This document shows, one piece after another, positions 1 to 14,473 of a DNA stretch of 64,000 nucleotides (position 1 is the stretch's first letter; the number at the start of each line of letters is the position of its first letter). The DNA lies in NCBI GenBank assembly GCA_963767925.1, contig CAVYGB010000008.1, positions 2,688,001-2,752,000 of the forward strand. The letters are read 5' to 3'. Position numbers and translations under genes: made by a program. The stretch is from an uncultured delta proteobacterium. Its GTDB lineage: Bacteria > Myxococcota_A > Polyangia > Fen-1088. A model generated the notes under the pieces. The model searched no databases and was not told the DNA's origin. It saw only the letters and a list, made by a program, of their open reading frames with translations.

Positions 1-183
1 GACTATTACTACTACTACGACGAGGACGTGCTCATCTTCGCCCGGATGCCGGTGGGCCTGGACCTCACCTTCAACCGCCCCGACTTCCTCGAGGTGTTCG
101 CGGAGATCGCCCCCGCCCTGCTGCTGGTGCCCGAGATCGATCTCGAGCTCGAGGCCTTCGTGGGCCTGCGCCTCTATTTCTGA
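1..183 (+). CDS. C-terminal part of a probable outer-membrane beta-barrel protein (5' end outside window)
   Basis: Frame 1 reads DYYYYYDEDVLIFARMPVGLDLTF...LEAFVGLRLYF* with TGA at 181-183; amphipathic strands and a terminal Y-F barrel signal. Confidence 0.6.
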   Translation, partial: DYYYYYDEDVLIFARMPVGLDLTFNRPDFLEVFAEIAPALLLVPEIDLELEAFVGLRLYF

Positions 184-220
184 AGCGGCCGGGGCGGGCC
201 CCGAGCGCCCGCCCGCCGCT
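184..220. terminator. GC-rich hairpin between convergent genes
   Basis: AGCGGC/GCCGCT (184-189 and 215-220) plus GGGCGGGC/GCCCGCCC (192-199 and 207-214); no U-tract. Confidence 0.4.
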
Positions 221-462
221 CAGGTGCGCGGCTGGTTGTAGTCCTCGAAGTCGCCGTCGTCGAGGTTGACCTCGGCGACGACGTTGCCGGACTCGCCCCC
301 GCTATAGGGGGTCATCACCACCTGCGTGATCTCCTCGACGGGCGCCGGTCCCATCACCGGGATCGAGACGCTGACCACCGGCACGGCCGCCGGCAGATCG
401 TGCCCGTGGATGCGGGCTTTCCAGCGCGCGAGGGCCCGGTCGAGCTCGTCCTGGGGGACCAT
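220..462 (-). CDS. small acidic hypothetical protein
   Basis: 80-aa ORF with host-like codon usage; TAACCT lies 5 nt upstream of the ATG. Confidence 0.6.
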   Translation of the reverse strand: MVPQDELDRALARWKARIHGHDLPAAVPVVSVSIPVMGPAPVEEITQVVMTPYSGGESGNVVAEVNLDDGDFEDYNQPRT

Positions 463-500
463 GCTTTAGGTTAGCAGCTCGCCTGCGCGAGCGGCCGCCT

Positions 501-2175
<1,675 letters not shown>

Positions 2176-2250
2176 GGAGAAGGGCGCAGATTTTACCCCG
2201 CCCCGGCCCCCGGTGCCCCGGTATTCGTCCAGCAACCCATGGACGGGTGG

Positions 2251-3222
2251 CTAGGCGGCGCGCGAGACCAGGGTCTCGGCGTACTTTTCCAGCTTGCGGG
2301 CGTCGGCGTTGAAGCGCCGGATGCCGTCGGCCAGCTTGTCGTTGGCCATGGCGTCCTCGTTGTGCTGGAAGCGGAAGGTCTTCTCGTCGAGGTGGATGCG
2401 CTCGCCCGGCGAGGTGCGGGCCACCTCCGGCGACAGCTTGCGCGGGATCTCGCCCGGACGCGCCCCTCGAGCTCGGCGAGCAGGTCGGGGCTGATGGTCA
2501 GCAGGTCGCACCCCGCCAGCTCGACCACCTGGTCGGCCTTGCGGAAGCTGGCCCCCATCACCTGGGTCTTGTAGTCGAACTTCTTGTAGTGGTTGTAGAT
2601 GCGCACCACCGAGGCGACGCCGGGATCCTCGGCCAGGGGGATGTCCTTGACCCCCTTCTCCTTCAGGTAGAAGTCGTAGATCCGGCCCACGAAGGGGGAG
2701 ATCAGGGTGACGCCCGGCCTCGGCGCAGGCGACCGCCTGGGCGAAGCTGAACAGGAGGGTCATGTTGCAGTGGATCCCCTCGCGCTCGAGCTGCTCGGCG
2801 GCGCGGATGCCTTCCCAGGTGCTGCCGACCTTGATGAGGATACGCTCGCGCTCGACGCCGGCCTGCTTGTAGAGGCCGATCAGGCTGCGGGCCTTGGCGA
2901 TCGTCCCCTCGGTGTCGAAGCTGTAGGTGGCGTCGACCTCGGTCGACACCCGGCCGGGGATGATCTTCAGGATCTCGAGGCCGAAGTTGATGGCCAGCTT
3001 GTCCATGAAGCGCTCGGTGCGGCCGGCCCGATCGCCGGCGCCCTGGTCGGCGGCGCGGAGGGCCTCGTCGACGAGCGCCCGGTACTGGGGCATCTGCGCC
3101 GCCTTCAGGAGCAGCGAGGGATTGGTGGTGGCGTCCTGCGGGCGGTAGGCTCGGATGGCTTCCAGGTCGCCGGTGTCGGCCACGACCGTCGTGTACTTCC
3201 GCAAGGATTCCAGATTGTTCAT
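2251..3222 (-). CDS. tal: transaldolase (frameshifts near 2715 and 2460)
   Basis: [72 protein letters not shown] and KLADGIRRF are spread over three frames. Confidence 0.93.
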   Translation of the reverse strand: MNNLESLRKYTTVVADTGDLEAIRAYRPQDATTNPSLLLKAAQMPQYRALVDEALRAADQGAGDRAGRTERFMDKLAINFGLEILKIIPGRVSTEVDATYSFDTEGTIAKARSLIGLYKQAGVERERILIKVGSTWEGIRAAEQLEREGIHCNMTLLFSFAQAVACAEAGRHPDLPLRGPDLRLLPEGEGGQGHPPGRGSRRRLGGAHLQPLQEVRLQDPGDGGQLPQGRPGGRAGGVRPADHQPRPARRARGARPGEIPRKLSPEVARTSPGERIHLDEKTFRFQHNEDAMANDKLADGIRRFNADARKLEKYAETLVSRAA

Positions 3223-3295
3223 GCGCGACAGCTTACTCGACGGTCTCGCCCTGCCCAAGCCCTCCGGACCGGTCCGTGTTACGGTAACAGGTCCT

Positions 3296-4222
3296 GTGTC
3301 TAGCCAGAAACCGGTGGTCATCGTGAATCCACGGTCGGGCGGGGGCCTCAGCGATCGACGCTGGGCGGCGCTGGTCGGGCCCCTCACCGAGGGCCTGGGC
3401 CCCTTCGACAGCCGCTTCACCGAGCGGCGCGGAGACGGCAAGCGGCTCGCGCAAGAAGAGGCCGGAGCAGGCCGTCGGCTCGTTGTCGCCTTCGGCGGGG
3501 ACGGCACCATCTCCGAGGTGGTGGATGGCCTGGTGGCGGCCGGCCGGCCGACCGAGCTCGGGATCATCCCCCGCGGCACCGGCGGCGACTTTCGCCGCTC
3601 GGCCTGCCTGCCCGAGAAGGTGGCGGAGGCCGCCCGCCACGTGCAGAAGGCCCCGGTCCGGCGCATCGATGTCGGCCGGGCCCACTTCACCGCCGAGGAC
3701 GGCTCGCGGGCCTCGCGCTGCTTCGTCAACGTGGCCTCCTTCGGCTTTTCGGCCGAGGTGGCGGCGCGGGCCAACCGATCCTCGAAGCGGCTGGGCGCCC
3801 GCCTCTCCTTCGTGGGGGCGGCGGTGAGCACCCTGTTCCGCTACGACAACATCGAGGTAAACATCTCGGTGGACGACGGCCCGCCGCAGCGCCGCCAGCT
3901 CCTGCTGGGGGCGGTGGGCAACGGCTGCTTCTTCGGGGGCGGCATGAAGATCTGCCCCCAGAGCTGCCTGGACGACGGCGTCCTCGACCTGGTGGTGGTG
4001 GGCGAGATGGGCGCGCTCGAGGTGGTGACCAAGCTGGGCACGACCATCTACGGCGGGCACCACGTCCAGCTCGACCACGTCCACAGCCAGCGGGCCCGCA
4101 CCGTGCAGGTGGTGCCGGTCGAGCCCGCCGCCCGGATCCCCATCGAGCTCGACGGCGAGAGCCCCGGCTACCTCCCCGCCACCTTCGACGTCTTGCCCCA
4201 GGTCCTCCCGCTGCGCTTCTGA
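3296..4222 (+). CDS. diacylglycerol kinase family lipid kinase (YegS/BmrU-like)
   Basis: [45 protein letters not shown] and LDGE motifs; GTG start inferred. Confidence 0.9.
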   Translation: MSSQKPVVIVNPRSGGGLSDRRWAALVGPLTEGLGPFDSRFTERRGDGKRLAQEEAGAGRRLVVAFGGDGTISEVVDGLVAAGRPTELGIIPRGTGGDFRRSACLPEKVAEAARHVQKAPVRRIDVGRAHFTAEDGSRASRCFVNVASFGFSAEVAARANRSSKRLGARLSFVGAAVSTLFRYDNIEVNISVDDGPPQRRQLLLGAVGNGCFFGGGMKICPQSCLDDGVLDLVVVGEMGALEVVTKLGTTIYGGHHVQLDHVHSQRARTVQVVPVEPAARIPIELDGESPGYLPATFDVLPQVLPLRF

Positions 4223-4246
4223 GCGGGACTCGGGCAGGGGCCGGCC

Positions 4247-5262
4247 TCAGGCGGTCGCCGCCAGGGACGACCGGCCGAGGATCTGGCTGCGGATGTAGGC
4301 GACCGTATCGAACAGGGTCTCAGCGGCGTCGCGGGCGGAAAAGCCCAGCTCCGCGATGGCCTTGCCAGACTCGAAGTACCAGTAGTAGCTGGCCATGTCG
4401 ACCGAGGCCGGCTCGACCGGCGGGGGGCGGCCGATCTTGCGGTACAGCGCCGCCTGCACCTGGGTGGCGTAAAACGGGAGGCGGCCGCGGGGCGCGCGCA
4501 GCAGCGGCGCCGCCACCTTGGTGAGCCGAGCCAGCCGGCCGAAGTAGTCGGCGAAGGACCAGTTGTGCCCGCCCAGCAGGTAGCGCTCGCCGGCCCGCCC
4601 CCGCTCCATGGCGGCGGGCAAGACGGCGGCCACGTCGCGGACGTCGACGAGGTTGAGTCCCCCCGAGGGGGTCACCGGGATGTCCCGGGCCATGAACGAG
4701 ACGATGTCCCGGGTCGAGGACAGCCGGTCGTCGCCCGGGCCGAGCAGCAGGCTGGGGTTGACGATCACCAGCTCGGGACCGTCGCTCGCACGCCCGGCGG
4801 GCCGCCTCTTCCTGGTAATATTTGCTGGCGTAATAGGGCCAGCGGGCGATCAGGGCCAGCGGCGCCGGGCAGGTCTCGTCGGACTGGTCGTCGGAGCGCT
4901 CGGACACGGCGATGGTGCCGCTGGTCGAGGCTGAGCACGATGCGCCGGGCGCCGGCGGAGCGGGCGGCGGTGCACAGCAGGCGCGTCCCCTCGACGTGCA
5001 CGTCGTACATGCGGGGGGCGTCCTCGGCCTTGCGCGAGACGAAACCGGCCAGGTGATAGACGTGGCTCACGCCGTCGACGGCCCGGGCCACCGCGGCCGG
5101 ATCGGTCACCGAGCCGGTGACGACCTCGACCCCCAGCGCGGCCAGCGCCTCGGAGCGAGACTGGGCGAAGACCCGGATCCGCTCGCCCGACCCCCGCCCG
5201 CACAGCAGCCGCACGAGGTGGGTCCCGAGGAAACCGGTCGCCCCGGTCACCAGCGTCTTCAC
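4247..5262 (-). CDS. elbE: NAD-dependent epimerase/dehydratase, ElbE-like (frameshifted near 4930 and 4790)
   Basis: LVTGATGFLG, VYHLAG, YYASK (YxxxK), VNPSLLLGPGD and VDVRDVA; last gene of the elb-like operon. The symbol is assigned by synteny. Confidence 0.75.
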
Positions 5263-8200
5263 GATCCCCCCCTGCCCTTGTGCAGGAGCAAGGCCGGCGT
5301 GCGCGACAGCGGCGGCTTGCCCTGAGGCTGCGGGCGCAGGCTGGCCGACCGGCCGATGGCGCCGAGGCGGGAGCCGTCCCAGGCCGCCCGGACCGCCGCG
5401 GCGTCGAGCGCCACCGCCTTGCCGTCGCGCAGGTGCTCGACGATCCGCTGGGTGAAGGCGGCGCAGATGCCGCCAGGCCTCCTGCTGGGGCAGGCCCTCG
5501 GTCAGAGTCCGCAGGAAGTCCGGGGAGAGGAAGGGCCCGAAGCGGCACCCGCAGCTCGCGGCTGCGGGGGACGGTGCTGCCCTTCGGCAAGGCCTCGTGG
5601 CTGCCTTCGATGTGAGCGGGCAAGATGCCGCTGCCGGCCTTGAGGGCCAGGTAGCCCAGGCTGGGGAGGAAGTCCCGCATCTGACCGTCGAGCGAGCGTC
5701 CCCCCTCGGGGAACACGACCAGGCTGCGGCCCCGGCGCAGGACCCGCTCGGCGATGTCCATCGACTTGCGGATCGAGCCCACCCGCTCCATCGGGACCAG
5801 GTTGGTGAAGTTGCTGAAGTAGGCCCGCCGCCAGCGATTGGAGAAGAAGTAGTCCGCCGCCGCCAGCGAGGCCAGGTCGCGCCCCGCCTCGCCGAGCGCG
5901 ACCTTGATGGCGCCCATGTCCAGGTGCGAGCAGTGGTTGGCCGCCACCACGAAGTGGGTGTGGCTGGGGATGTGGAGGGCGCCCTCCACCTTGGTGTCCA
6001 TCACCTGCCGGAAGAACAGCTTCTGGAACAGACCGATGCCCCCCTTGCCGAGCCGGGCGATCGGCTCGGGGATCGGGATGTCGTCGTCGCGCAGGAGCTG
6101 GCCCAGCTCCCGCCCGCCGCGCTCGGACCGGGCCCGGGCGGCCGAGCCAGCCTGGCCCCGGGTGACGAGGGCATACAGACCGGCCACGTCCTGGGCGGCG
6201 GTGAAGTCGACCTGCTCCGGGACGGGGATGCCGGCGGCCTCCACCCCTTCGGCCAGCTCGTTGTAAGCCAGGCTGTCGAAGCCGAGCGCGCTCACCCGGG
6301 TGCCGAGGTGGACGTCGGCCCGGGGCCGGCCGGTGGCGGCGGCCACGATGTCGAGGAACCAACCCACCCCGGCCTCGGCTTTGCCCGATCCAGCGGCGGC
6401 CTCGCCCCCGCTGCTCTTGCGCCGCTGCATCTCGGTCACGATCTCCCGGCGCTTGATCGACCGCTTGGCCGTCTTCGGCAGCTCGGCCTCCCAGTATTCG
6501 ATGATCTTGACGCGCTTCCAGAAGGGCAGGCCCGAGGAGACGCTCTGAAGATGCTCGTCGATCTTGGCCACCACCTCGGCCCGGCTCAGCGCCGGCTCGT
6601 GCTCGAGATTGGGCACCACCGCCGCCGCCACCTGCTCGGCGCCGGCGTCGGGCAGGCCCACCACCGACAGCTCCTTGATGTAGGGGGCTCTGCGGTAGAG
6701 CTCCTCGATCTCGTCGGGATAGACGTTCTTGCCGTTGGAGTCGATGATGACGTCCTTCGATCGGCCGACGATGAAGAGGTTGCCCTCCTCGTCGAACCGC
6801 CCCAGGTCGCCGGTGTGGAACCAGCCGTCGCGGATGGCGGCCCGGGTGGCCTCCTCGTCCTGCCAGTAGCCGAGCATGAGGTTGCGCCCGCGCGCCACCA
6901 CCTCGCCCACGCCCGCGGCGTCGGGGCTGTCGATCTTCACCTCCACCCCCGGCAAGCGGCTTGCCCACCGAGCCGGGCAGCGGCTTGCCGTCGGCCGAGG
7001 TCACGCAGAGCACGGGGGCGGTCTCGGTCAGGCCATAGCCCTCGTAGAAGTTGAAGCCCATGCCATAGAAGGTCTTCAGCACGTCGGGCGAGCAGGGCCG
7101 AGCCGCCGCTGATGAGGTAGCGGATGCGCCCCCCGAACCCGGCGTGCACCGGAAAGAACAACAGACATGCCCAGGTCGACGCCGGTGCTGGCGCGCAGCT
7201 CGTAGTTGACGCTGGCCAGGGCCTTCATGAGCGGCTCGAGCAGGGGCGAGCGGTCGCTCAGCTTCTGCATGCACCCGCCGGCGCAGCAGCTCCCACAGGG
7301 CGGGCACGCCCACGATGGCGGTGACATGGCCCTTCTGCAGGGCGCTGGAGATGGCCTCCCCGTTCAGCTCGGCCAGGTAGGTGATCTGGGCGCCCCGGGC
7401 CAGCGGCATCAGCAGGCCCGCCGAGAACTCGAAGGTGTGGTGCAGCGGCAGCACCGAGAGCATCCCGTCGTTGACCCCGAACTCGAAGACCCGGGACAGC
7501 TCCGACACCATGAAGGTGAAGTTGCGGTGGCTGAGCATCACCCCCTTGGGCTTGCCCGTGGTCCCCGAGGTGAAGATCAGCGAGGCCACCGTGTCGGGCT
7601 GCACCCGGGCGATGCAGGGACTTGCGGCGCTCCTGCTCCACCTCCTCGTCGAGGAGGGTGAACACCTGCTCGAACCGCCACACCCGGGTGGGCAGGCCGG
7701 CCTCGCGCAGGGCCCGCACCAGGCCGGCCCGCTTCTCGCAGCAGGTCGTCGCCGATGATGATGCCGGCGGCGTCGGCGGCGCGGGCCACGTTGACCACCT
7801 CGTCGACGGTGGACTCGTGGGCGATGGGGACCGCGCGTGGCCCCCACCTTGAGGATGCCGAAGTAGGACATGCCCACTCGGGCCCGTTCTTCGCGAGCAG
7901 CACGACCCGGTCGCCGGCGCCGACGTCTTCGCCGACCAGGAAGACGCCCACCCGGGTGGCCAGCTCCTGCAGGTTCTCGTAGCTGTAGATCTCCTCGCGC
8001 CGCCCGCGCTCGATGCGCATGGCGGGGCGGGTGGCGTGCAGCTTGGTGGTGGTGTCGAACAGCTCGAGCAGATCGCGGTAGGCGTAGACGCTCTTGGGCT
8101 TGGCGGCGTAGGTCTCGTCGAGCTCGGGCAACACCCACTTCTGCAGGCCGGGGAAGTGGACGTTGAGGAAGTAGTCGTACCAGTCGATGCTCTCGGGCGA

Positions 8201-9774
8201 CCAGCGCACCTCGGCCTGCTCCTCGGCGGGCAGGCGGTCGCGCAGGGCCCGGATGTTGTCGGCCCGGAACACGGTGGCGTTGTCGTGGATGAAGGGCATG
8301 AAGAGGTCGATGTTGCTGTGGGCCTCTTCGGTGACCCGGCGGATGTCCTCGACCTTGCCCTTGACCCGATCGACGATCTCGGCGAAGCGCCCCCCGCCCC
8401 AGCGGGGCCGCAGCTTCTCCAGCCCGGCCGAGGTCTTCTCGGCCAGCCGCTTGACCAGGGGGATGGAGGAGCGGGTGTATTGCTGGTAGCTGACCGGGCG
8501 AAACTCCATGCGGGCGGCCAGGGCGTTGATGAAGCGGTTGCCCGCCTCCTTGCTCTGGAAGCGCTTGCGCTTGTAGAGGCCGGTCAGGGTGACCACCCGG
8601 CCCACCCGGGAGGGGTTGAGGTCGCCGCTCGAGAGCTGGTGCACCAGCTCCGGCTGCTCGACGCAGGCCTGGGCCGCCACCTGGATCATGCCGGCGGCGA
8701 TGTGATCGACCGGCACCATGTCGAGGATGAGCGACTCGGACACCGGCAGGACGTTTTGCCCCTTGAGGGCCAGGTAGACCAGCGGCGCCGAGGTGGTGAA
8801 GCCCTCGTTCCAGCCCGGGAAGGGGAAGCTCTGGGCGCTCTCGACGATGGCCGGCCGCACGATCGAGCGGACGATGTCGGTCTCGCGGGCCACGAGCTGG
8901 TCGCCCATGCTCTTCGTGTAGGTGTAGATGTTGGGCCAGCCCCATGTGGCCGCCCGCTCGCACGCCCCGCTCGGGTCAGCTCGGAGCGGATCCAGTCCTT
9001 GCGCTCGCGGGCCACCGCCAGCTTGAGGGCGCCCTCGTCGTCGGGGTCCCGCCCCTGCTCCTGCAGGCGGGCCCGGGCCCGCTCGCGCAGGCGGGCCGTG
9101 ACCTGGGCGTCGTCGGCCTGAGCCCGCACCTCGAGGGCGATGCGATCGCTGTCCGCGATCTCCTGCTCGACCGAGAAGTTGGTGCCGGGCAGGTCGCGCC
9201 AGCGCGGGAAATAGCCGACCAGCTTCTCGTCCTCCCAGACCTCGCCCGAGCGGTTGCCCGCCACGAAGCAGGTGCTGGTGTGGATGAGGGCGGGTCGCTT
9301 CATGCGGCGCGACGAAGGCGATGACGTTTTTCGTCCCCTGCGACGTTGGTGCGCAGGGCCGACTCGAGGGGCGGGTTGAAGGTCACCTTGCCCGAAGAGT
9401 TGATGACGACGTCGATGTCCCCGGCCACCACCGCCGCCGCCTCCTCGGACAGCCCCAGGTTGGCCTCGGTGATGTCGCCGTCGACCACCCGCACCTTGTC
9501 GGCCAGGAAGGCCACGCATCCCCTCGGGACCGCCGTGGGCCTCGCGCAGGGGATCGAACACCGGCGAGGTGACGACGTTGTTCCAGAAGCGGTCCTCGCT
9601 GCTGGTGCCCGAGCCCCGCCGGACCATGACGTAGGCCCGCCCCAGCTCGGGGAAGCGGTGGAGCAGCATGCTGAGCATGACCTTGCCCACGAAGCCGGTG
9701 GCGCCCAGGATGAAGACGCGCCGGCCCCGGTAGATCTCCCGGAGCGACAAGGGCGAGGCAGCGGTGGTGCTCAC
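5259..9774 (-). CDS. elbD: multidomain ether-lipid biosynthesis protein ElbD-like: acyl reductase (SDR/FAR), acyl-CoA synthetase, ACP and acyltransferase (several frameshifts)
   Basis: FAR motifs [16 protein letters not shown] and [10 protein letters not shown]; adenylation motifs [20 protein letters not shown] and [11 protein letters not shown] motif GFDSL; PlsC motifs NHCSHLD and FPEGGRS. The 3' end is inferred from a GTGA overlap. Confidence 0.88.
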
Positions 9775-9778
9775 GGCG

Positions 9779-11405
9779 CTACTCGACGTCCGCCATGACG
9801 ATTGGCGGGTGGTGCATCATGGTGATCGAGGGCGAGGGGCCGGTGAAGCTCTTGGCCATGGCGATCGCCTCGGTGAGCGACTCGGCCCGATCCCAGCCCA
9901 GGCGGGCGGGGACGTGGGCGTTCTCCGCGCCGGCGACGATCACCTTGCCCACGTGCTGGCGGCCGTTCTCCCCCCAGTACCACATGAAGAAGGGGTGGGC
10001 GCCGTGGTAGGCGTGCCCCCGCCGGTACATCTCGATGTAGCTCGGGTTCTTGGCGAACTCCTCCTCGTATTTGTGGCGCAAGACCATGGCGTCGCGGGTC
10101 TCGGGCAGGAGGCGGTTGAAGAACTCGATGTAGCTGGGGTGGTGCTCGTGGTTGAAGCTGTCGTAGCAGGGGTGCAGGAGGATGAGCACCCCCCCTTTGC
10201 GCAGGATGGGCTTGCCCCGGTAAAAGTTGTGGAAGTACCCCAGCCCCATCACCTGGACCAGCAGGGGGTTGAGGATGGAGTTGACGTTGTAGGGGGAGAT
10301 GAAGGGGACCGGGCAGATGAGGATGTCGCTCTGCCCGCGCAGGCTGACGAAGTACTGCTCGAAGTTCTTCTGGATGATGGCCCGGTGGACCGGCTCGGTC
10401 TTGCCTGCCATGCAGGAGACGAGCTGGTAGTGCGCGGGGATGGAGTGGAAGAGCTTGCGCTTGGCCGCGGTGGGCATCTTGGACAGGGTCCAGCGCATGG
10501 CCTCGAACTTCAGCCGGTCGACCTCGGTGAACTCGTCCTCGTTCTTCGAGAGGAAGGCGGTGGCCGAGTTGAACATCCGGTTGTTCAGCGCGGTCTCGAT
10601 GTGGAACACGTTCATGTGCCGGGCCACGATCTGGCCCATGCGCTCGACCTTGGTGTTGAGCACCGAGCGGGCGGGATCCATGTAGCTGTCGGAGTCGCGG
10701 ATGGTCTTGCGGCTCGTGGTGGGGGCGCAGGCTCTCGTAGTCGCACAGCCCCACGGTGACCGACTTGTGGCCCCCGTCCATGGGGACGAGGTTGATGTTC
10801 ACGTAGATGAGCAGATCGCTCTCGACCGCCCGGCGGTTGATGTTGACCGACTCGTTGTGCTCGGTCTTGCCCAGGTGGACGATGCCGTCGGGATCTTCGG
10901 CGTCGTGGTTGTAGTAGCGGTCCGGATAAAAGGCGTTGAAGATCTTGCTGCCCACCATCCGCTTCATCTCGGCGGCCGTCAGGCGCCGGTGCAGGGAGTT
11001 GGCGACGATGATGTGGACGTCGTCGACCCCGTTGGCGTCGAGCAGCTCGAGCACGATCTCGATGATGGTCTGGCGAATGTCGGGGGTGACCATCGGCGGC
11101 AGCGGCAAGCTGATGTCGTCGACGGCGATGGTGACCCGCATGCCCGGCATGAGCTGGGCGTAGAGCGGGTCGGCCTCCAGGGGGTGGTTGAGGGCGTAGC
11201 GGATGGCCGCCCCCGGGTTGGCCAGCCCCTCGAGCGGCGGCTTGGGATAGATGACCCGCGTGCCGATGGGCAGGTCCTCGAGCAGGAGGTCCTCGCCCGA
11301 GAACATGATCCGCGGGGCGGAGTTGCTGTCGATGTAGACGACCTGGTCGTCCTCTTTGTGGCGGGGGGTCGGCCCCCGCAGGAATCTCGCTTCACGCTCT
11401 CGCAT
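9779..11405 (-). CDS. elbC: lactate-racemase (LarA N-terminal)-domain protein, ElbC-like (frameshift near 10710)
   Basis: [41 protein letters not shown] and DGGHKS resemble LarA-family motifs; lies between the HAD gene and elbD. The symbol is assigned by synteny. Confidence 0.75.
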
Positions 11406-11414
11406 TGCCCACCG

Positions 11415-12081
11415 TTATCGGAGGTCCAGGATCGGCCAGTCGTGTTGCAAGGCCGTGTTGCGCAGGCGGTAGTCGGGGTTCACGGCCGTGGGGTGCCCCA
11501 CGATGGACAACATGGGCAGGTCGCTCATGCTGTCCGAGTAGCTGTAACAGTCGGAGAGGTGCAGGCCCTCTCGCTCGGCGTAGACCCGGATCCAGCTCGC
11601 CTTGGTGGCGGCGGCCATCACGGGGGGCAAGCAGCCGACCGGTCGCCTTGCCCTCCACGTATTCCAGCCGGTTGGTGACCCAGGCGTCGATGCCCAGGTG
11701 GCGGGCCAGAGGCAACACGGTGAGGTCGAGGGCCCCCGTCACCAGCACCTGCCGCAGGCCCAGCCGTTTGGACTTGTCGATCAGCTCGTAGGCCCCCGGG
11801 AAGATCGAGGGGCGGATGACGTTCTCGAACAGCTCCTCGGCCAGGTAGCGCAGGCGGTCCTCGGACTCGCCCCGGTAGCGGAGGAAGAACATGTCGTTGA
11901 ACAGCCGCCGGCTATAAAAGTCCGCGGCGGCAAAGAAGGGCACGCTCACCGCCGTGGTCACGGTACGGACCAGGCTGGCCAGCAGTCCCTGCTGGTTGCG
12001 AGCGTTGTATGCGAAGGCGTGCACCAGGTTCGTTCGAACCAAGGTGCCGTCCAGATCGTAGAAGGCGGCGGCGGCGCCCAT
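11415..12081 (-). CDS. elbB: HAD-IB family hydrolase, ElbB-like (frameshift near 11625)
   Basis: AFYDLDGTL, LVTGA, YSDSMSDLPML and AVNPD motifs; first gene of the operon. The symbol is assigned by synteny. Confidence 0.8.
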
Positions 12082-12120
12082 GAGCGAGGCCTGCGTATAT
12101 CACGGGGGGCAGACGGAGGA

Positions 12121-12152
12121 CAGGGACGCGCCGTGACAACGGCGCGTCCCTG
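12121..12152. terminator. perfect 14-bp hairpin downstream of fusA
   Basis: CAGGGACGCGCCGT-gaca-ACGGCGCGTCCCTG; no clear U-tract. Confidence 0.55.
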
Positions 12153-12194
12153 CGCGACGGATCGCGTCGGCCTGCTCCGCCCGCGCGACGTCCG

Positions 12195-14324
12195 CTAGCG
12201 GCCGCCCTCTTTTTCGCGCTTGGCCTTGTACTCGGCGACCATCGCGTCTCGCTGCTGCTGGGGGACCTCGGCGTACTTCTTGAACTCCATGCTGAACTCG
12301 CCCTTGCCCTGGGTCGCCGAGCGCAGGTCGGTCGAGTAGCCGAACATGTCGTTCAGCGGCACCTCGGCCTGGGCCATGACGAAGGCCTCCTGCTTCTCGG
12401 TGGCGACGATGGTGCCGCGGCGCTGGTTGAGCTGGCCCATGACCGCACCCTGGAACTCCTCGGGGAACTGCACCTCGACGCAGCATGATCGGCTCGAGGA
12501 TGGTCGGCTTGGCCTTCATGTAGGCCTCCCGGAAGCCCATCAAGGCCGGCGGTCTTGAAGGCGATTTCGGACGAGTCGACCGGGTGCGACGGCGCCGTCG
12601 TTGACGAGACAGCGGACGCCGACGATGGGGAAGCCGATGAGCGGACCCTTCTTGATCGCCTCCCGGAAGCCCTTGTCGACAGGCGGGGATGAACTCGCGC
12701 GGGATGACGCCGCCGACGATGTCGTCGACGAACTCGTAGCCCGTCGGGGTGGTCGGCCGGCAGCGGCTCGATGTAGCCGGCCACCTTGCCGTACTGGCCG
12801 CTGCCACCGGTCTGCTTCTTGTGGGTGTAGTTGAACTCGGACTTCTGGCTGATCGTCTCGCGGTAGGCCACCTGCGGCTTGCCGGAGATGACCTCGCAGG
12901 CGTACTCGCGCTTCATGCGCTCGATGTAGATCTCGAGGTGGAGCTCGCCCATGCCGCGGATGATGGTCTGGGCCGACTCCTCGTCGCGGTGGACGCGGAA
13001 GGTGGGGTCTTCCTTGGTGAAGCGGTTGAGCGCCTTGGAGAAGTTGGACGCGTTCGTGCTTGTCCTTCGGGCGACACCGCCAGCGAGATGACGGCGTCGG
13101 GGACGTGCATCGAGGTCATCGTGTAGTTGACCGCGCCGTCGGTGAAGGTGTCGCCCGAGGCGCACTCGACGCCGAACAGGGCGACGATGTCCCCGGCGAC
13201 GGCCTTGTCGATGTCCTTCATCTCGTCGGCGTGCATGCGGACGAGGCGCGGCACCTTGACCTTCTTCTGACCGGCCGAGCAGTTGACGATGAAGTCACCC
13301 TTGGCCACGGTGCCCTGGTAGATGCGCATGTAGGTCAGCTGGCCGTAGCGGCCGTCTTCGAGCTTGAAGGCCAGGCCCACGAAGGGCTTCTTGGCGTCGG
13401 CTCGGAGGATGACCTTCTCCTCGCCCTTGTCCTGGTCGAGGGCGATGTTGGTGCACCTCGGTCGGGTTGGGCAGGTACTAGGTTGACGCCGTCGAGCAGG
13501 AGCTGGACGCCCTTGTTCTTGTAGGCCGAGCCCATGAAGACGGGCGTGATCTTGAGGGCGATGGTGGCCGGCGGATGGCCGCGCGCAGATCTCGCTCGAT
13601 GGTGGGCTCCTGCTCCAGCAGGAACTTCTCCGCCATGCTCGTCGTCGACCTCGGCGAGGGCGGCGATCATCTCCTTGCGGCGCGACCTTGGCCTCGTCCA
13701 GCAGGTCGGCCGGGATCTCCTCCTCGCGGATGTCCTCGCCGTTGTCGCCGTCGAAGTAGATAGGCCTTCATGCTGGATGAGGTCGATGATGCCCTCGAAG
13801 CGGTCCTCGGCGCCGATCGGCAGCTGGGTGATGACGACGTTGTGGCGCAGCTTCTCGCTGCAGCTGGTCGGTCACGCGCTGGCCGCGTCGGCGCCGGCGC
13901 GGTCCAGCTTGTTGACGAAGGCCAGGCGGGGCACGTTGTAGCGCCGCATCTGGCGGTCGACGGTGTAGCGACTGCGACTGCACGCCGGCGACGCCGCAGA
14001 GCACCAGCACGGCGCCGTCGAGCACGCGCAGGGCGCGCTCGACCTCGATGGTGAAGTCGACGTGCCCGGGGGTGTCGATCAGGTTGATGTTGTAGTCGTC
14101 CCACTCGCAGTAGGTCGCGGCCGACTGGATCGTGATGCCCTTCTCGCGCTCGAGATCCATGAAGTCCATGGTGGCGCCGACGCCCGACTTGCCCTTGACC
14201 TCTTCGATCTTGTGGATGCTTGCCCGGTGTAGAAGAGGATGCGCTCCGACAGCGTGGTCTTGCCCGAGTCGATGTGAGCGGAGATGCCGATGTTTCGGAC
14301 CTTGTCGATCGTGATGGCGGCCAT
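12195..14324 (-). CDS. fusA: elongation factor G, stand-alone copy (many frameshifts, probably sequencing errors)
   Basis: [75 protein letters not shown] and [14 protein letters not shown] are spread across frames. Confidence 0.93.
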
Positions 14325-14473
14325 GGCGTGGTTTATCCTCTCGAAATCTCCCCGGTACAGCGGGGGCAAAGGCGCGGTAGTTTAAGTGTAAGCACGGGTG
14401 GTAGCCAGGAAAAAGGGGACCGCCCGGTCTCGCGCACTTACCTTGGACTTTCCCGTCCCTATCGGTGCCATGT

